IMG/VR virus record: IMGVR_UViG_3300028800_000012
Span: 256 to 64,255 of that record
Length of the DNA stretch: 64,000 nucleotides
From: a virus
Strand: one strand, 5' to 3'
This document shows positions 61,875-64,000 of the stretch, one piece after another (within the stretch, counting starts at the first letter, position 1; every line of letters begins with the position of its first letter). Below the pieces are notes generated by a model. The model was not told where the DNA came from. It searched no databases and was given only the letters and a program-made list of their open reading frames with translations. Made by a program: the position numbers and the translations under genes.

Positions 61875-62263
61875 CAGGACTTCGGCTTGTTCTTCGAACC
61901 TTTCGGTCGGCCGCCCTTGCGCCTGACGGGTACATCCGCCGCCATGCACACGGTCTGCGCAGCCTCTTGCGGCGCCGCTTCAACAGCCAGAGGCGGCGCA
62001 AATGGCCGGTCGTTCTGCGTGATGTAATTCCAGTCGGCTTCTTCGGCCCGCCTGATCCAGCGCCGCTCGTAATGCTCTTTCAGCATCCGAGTGGAGAATT
62101 GAGACTTGTCGACAAGATCGCCGACACGCGGATGATATCCATTGACGGTGAAGCCTTTCGGCCACGCGCCATAGACGTAATCCGCGTCTCGATCGAATGG
62201 TAAGAGCCAGTACGGGGCGTTCGGTGATGGCACCCTAGGCGTCCCGCACTGTGTTTGTGCCAC
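61874..62263 (-). CDS. hypothetical protein with a C-terminal AT-hook
   Basis: 129 aa, ending in VRRKGGRPKGSKNKPKS. The GRP core with basic flanks is the canonical AT-hook form. Confidence 0.5.
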   Translation of the reverse strand: MAQTQCGTPRVPSPNAPYWLLPFDRDADYVYGAWPKGFTVNGYHPRVGDLVDKSQFSTRMLKEHYERRWIRRAEEADWNYITQNDRPFAPPLAVEAAPQEAAQTVCMAADVPVRRKGGRPKGSKNKPKS

Positions 62264-62276
62264 GTATCAAGGCCGA

Positions 62277-63293
62277 TTAGGCGATGATCGTGTTGAAAAA
62301 CACGCCGCACTCAGCCGCGACGAGTTTTTGCGCATACGCCTGTTGGATTTCCAGCCGGTCGGACTCAAGATGCTCTATCCGGAACTTCTTGATGCGCTGA
62401 CCGGCGGGTCCGGCGCCAGTGAAGCCGACCCAGTTGAACGTGTAGCCTCCAGACGGAGACTGCAGGCTCGCGGCAGGAGCCGCATACACAAGCAGCGCCG
62501 ACTTGCCGCCGATGAACGCATTCGACTCGTTCGTGTTCAGCGTGGTCGAATTGCTTTCCGCGCCCGTATTCTTGACGGCATCCATGACGAGGATTTCGTC
62601 AATTTCCATCAGCGCGGCGACGGCCTGCTTGGTGATGATGGCCGGCGCACCCGGAGACGCGCCGTACTTGATGCGGTCCGTGATCGAGCCGTGCTCGGAC
62701 AGCTTCGACCAGACCTGACGGCCCATGACCAACTTGTTCGCCCGGAAGGTGGACGACAGGTGGATGCGGTCGTTGTAGGTCTTCACATCAGCGACGGGGG
62801 TGGCGTTGGAATCGTTCCACTGAAGGACGGTATTTCCAGCCGGGGAAGCCGAGACGCCGGTCACGTCGACCGACGCGCCGGTCCAGATGCCGGTGGTGAA
62901 GTAATTCGACGCCCAGTTGACCTCACGGTTGATGAGCGCCTTGTTCGCAAGGAAGTTCGTTGTATCGCGGTCCATATCGAGCGGCGAATCCGCATTCGAA
63001 CGAACCTGATCTTCCACATCCTTGTGCAAGGCCCACACGTCGGCGTAATACGTCGGCGTGTTGTCGATCCTCCAGCCATCGCCGGCCGATTCCGAACCGG
63101 GCGCACGCTTCTTCATCGAGTCGCGGTTGAGGTCGCCGCGCGAATAGACGAAATAGCGGTCGGACTGTTTCTGTACGGGAACGGCCGGGAACACTTTGTC
63201 GGCGACAAAGGCGTCCGGCTTCTGCATGAACGCGACGGAGATGTTCGTCAAAATCGCATTGACGTGGACATCGCCAGCGACAGGGTTAGCCAT
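62277..63293 (-). CDS. major capsid protein
   Basis: 338 aa, immediately downstream of the decoration-like gene, with a strong ribosome-binding site (GGGAGCAGTACAA-ATG). The call rests on composition and position. Confidence 0.75.
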   Translation of the reverse strand: MANPVAGDVHVNAILTNISVAFMQKPDAFVADKVFPAVPVQKQSDRYFVYSRGDLNRDSMKKRAPGSESAGDGWRIDNTPTYYADVWALHKDVEDQVRSNADSPLDMDRDTTNFLANKALINREVNWASNYFTTGIWTGASVDVTGVSASPAGNTVLQWNDSNATPVADVKTYNDRIHLSSTFRANKLVMGRQVWSKLSEHGSITDRIKYGASPGAPAIITKQAVAALMEIDEILVMDAVKNTGAESNSTTLNTNESNAFIGGKSALLVYAAPAASLQSPSGGYTFNWVGFTGAGPAGQRIKKFRIEHLESDRLEIQQAYAQKLVAAECGVFFNTIIA

Positions 63294-63363
63294 TTGTACT
63301 GCTCCCTCTAAGGGAAAGCCGGCGCTGTCACAGCGCGGGCGTAGCGAAAGGGGTGCGCCTCAA

Positions 63364-63389
63364 CGAAAAAGCCGCCCTTAAGGCGGCCA
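63364..63389 (-). terminator. intrinsic terminator-like hairpin between the decoration and capsid genes
   Basis: The minus strand reads GCCGCC-TTAAG-GGCGGC followed by TTTTT. Confidence 0.5.
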
Positions 63390-63416
63390 CCATCAATGCG
63401 CTAGGTTGTCTGTTTG

Positions 63417-63788
63417 TTATGGAAGGCCGGTCGGGCGGAACAGCATCGGGATAACGTCTCCCGATACGCCGGTCGCCAGCGCAACGCCGAGATTGTACGC
63501 ATCGGCAGAGCCAGCCGCGACGCCCTTGGCGTTATTGTCCGTGACGATGCGATTGCCGGCAGTCACGTTGCCGCCGAGAGTGATCTTGGTCACACCGAAC
63601 GGCCGCACCTTGGCCGCACGCGACGCAGCGCCAGGCGCATTCTGCAATACGCCAACAACGTCGGCGCCGAGCGTTGCCGCCGCCGCGTTGCCGGACGAAT
63701 CGACAGTCATGAAAAGGTACTGCTTGGCCGACAAGTCGGCAGCCGCCGGCAGGTCGAAGTCAAGATACCCAGTGTAGTCGTAAGCCAT
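63417..63788 (-). CDS. head decoration protein (DUF2190-like)
   Basis: 123 aa. GVLQNAPGAASRAAKVRPFGVTKITLGGNVTAGNRIVTD follows the DUF2190 pattern. It lies upstream of the capsid gene. Confidence 0.65.
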   Translation of the reverse strand: MAYDYTGYLDFDLPAAADLSAKQYLFMTVDSSGNAAAATLGADVVGVLQNAPGAASRAAKVRPFGVTKITLGGNVTAGNRIVTDNNAKGVAAGSADAYNLGVALATGVSGDVIPMLFRPTGLP

Positions 63789-63822
63789 GTGATCGGCTCC
63801 TTAATGGGTTGATGCGAGCCGA

Positions 63823-64000
63823 TTAGGCCGCACGCTTTTCCTGTTCGGCTTTCGCGTACAGGTCTTTGCCCTCACTGGTATCGAGGACTTCCACCATCGC
63901 GGCGGCCTTGGTGATCTTCTTCTCTGTAGCGCGGGTTTCGGCGAGCTTTTCAATCTGCGCCTGCGCCGAACCTTCCGTCGAACCGTCCTTGCCGATCGGC
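63823..64000 (-). CDS. C-terminal 59 codons of a scaffold or protease-like head gene; 5' end beyond the window
   Basis: Open frame ...PIGKDGSTEGSAQAQIEKLAETRATEKKITKAAAMVEVLDTSEGKDLYAKAEQEKRAA-stop. Confidence 0.5.
   Translation of the reverse strand, partial: PIGKDGSTEGSAQAQIEKLAETRATEKKITKAAAMVEVLDTSEGKDLYAKAEQEKRAA

Noticed and set aside
57322-62263. Reading the enzyme block as a DNA hypermodification pathway
   Set aside because: No dUMP or dCMP hydroxymethylase, kinase or aminotransferase partner is visible, and the block sits in the late structural operon rather than with the replication genes. This remains an alternative to exclude experimentally, but it is not the primary reading.
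62328-63311. 327-aa plus-strand ORF opposite the capsid gene
   Set aside because: The translation is Arg/Gly/Asp-rich and low in information. The minus-strand frame has a ribosome-binding site, operon context and capsid-like composition.
1-64000. Two different prophages lying side by side
   Set aside because: Each half lacks what the other supplies: packaging, portal and early genes on one side; capsid, tail and lysis genes on the other. There is a single integrase, repressor and att. One genome in circular or tandem form explains the layout better, although tandem identical copies cannot be excluded.

Overview
The whole window is GC-rich temperate phage DNA. The tail genes indicate a lambda-like long non-contractile tail, and GcrA-like, MT-A70 and tRNA-Pro features suggest an alphaproteobacterial host. 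All protein calls come from reading the supplied translations for motifs and from gene order. No homology search was run.

Layout:
- 1-8.8 kb, minus strand: head and packaging genes (scaffold-like, XkdF-like protease, MuF/gp7, portal, TerL, TerS) and a cell-wall hydrolase.
- 9.2-18.2 kb, minus strand: early and replication genes (NrdR-type zinc ribbon, RNA ligase, dCMP deaminase, DnaB, primase, GcrA-like pair, RuvC, CII-like, Cro-like).
- 18.2-19.3 kb, plus strand: CI/LexA-type repressor plus a coupled secreted protein, followed by about 550 bp of AT-rich non-coding DNA with a repeat array.
- 19.8-34.4 kb, plus strand: early-right operon (C5 methyltransferase, Lar, exonuclease/annealase pair, MT-A70 methyltransferase, many small ORFs, excisionase, tyrosine integrase). 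It ends at a 47-nt tRNA-Pro 3' fragment, the att core.
- 34.4-38.7 kb, plus strand: small accessory genes.
- 38.7-64 kb, minus strand: the rest of the late operon (HExxH protein, metallophosphoesterase, spanins, transglycosylase endolysin, holin, tail fibre, I-J host-specificity fusion, K- and L-like proteins, tape measure, G/GT chaperones with a canonical -1 slippery site, tail tube, connectors, major capsid, decoration protein, scaffold C-terminus).

Because int and att have phage genes on both sides, and the head module is split across the two window ends, this is either a circular or virion-form genome, or a tandem prophage junction.

Most interesting observations:
1. A seven-gene block at 57.3-62.3 kb, embedded and translationally coupled between the capsid and connector genes. 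Six genes are enzyme-like (three or four glycosyltransferase-like proteins, an FkbM methyltransferase and a radical-SAM/SPASM enzyme) and the first encodes an AT-hook protein. It is a candidate virion-modification system.
2. A portal protein with a C-terminal R-S-E ADP-ribosyltransferase toxin domain.
3. Two related but independent IS1595-type insertion sequences that carry translationally coupled passenger ORFs. Each has exact 8-bp target duplications, and one splits a phage gene.
4. A protein encoded by a tandem array of about 61 GGC-NNC hexamer units (a Gly-Tyr/Ser/Asp repeat).
5. Several apparent frame disruptions, in the C5 methyltransferase, the GT9-like gene and the CHAP hydrolase.
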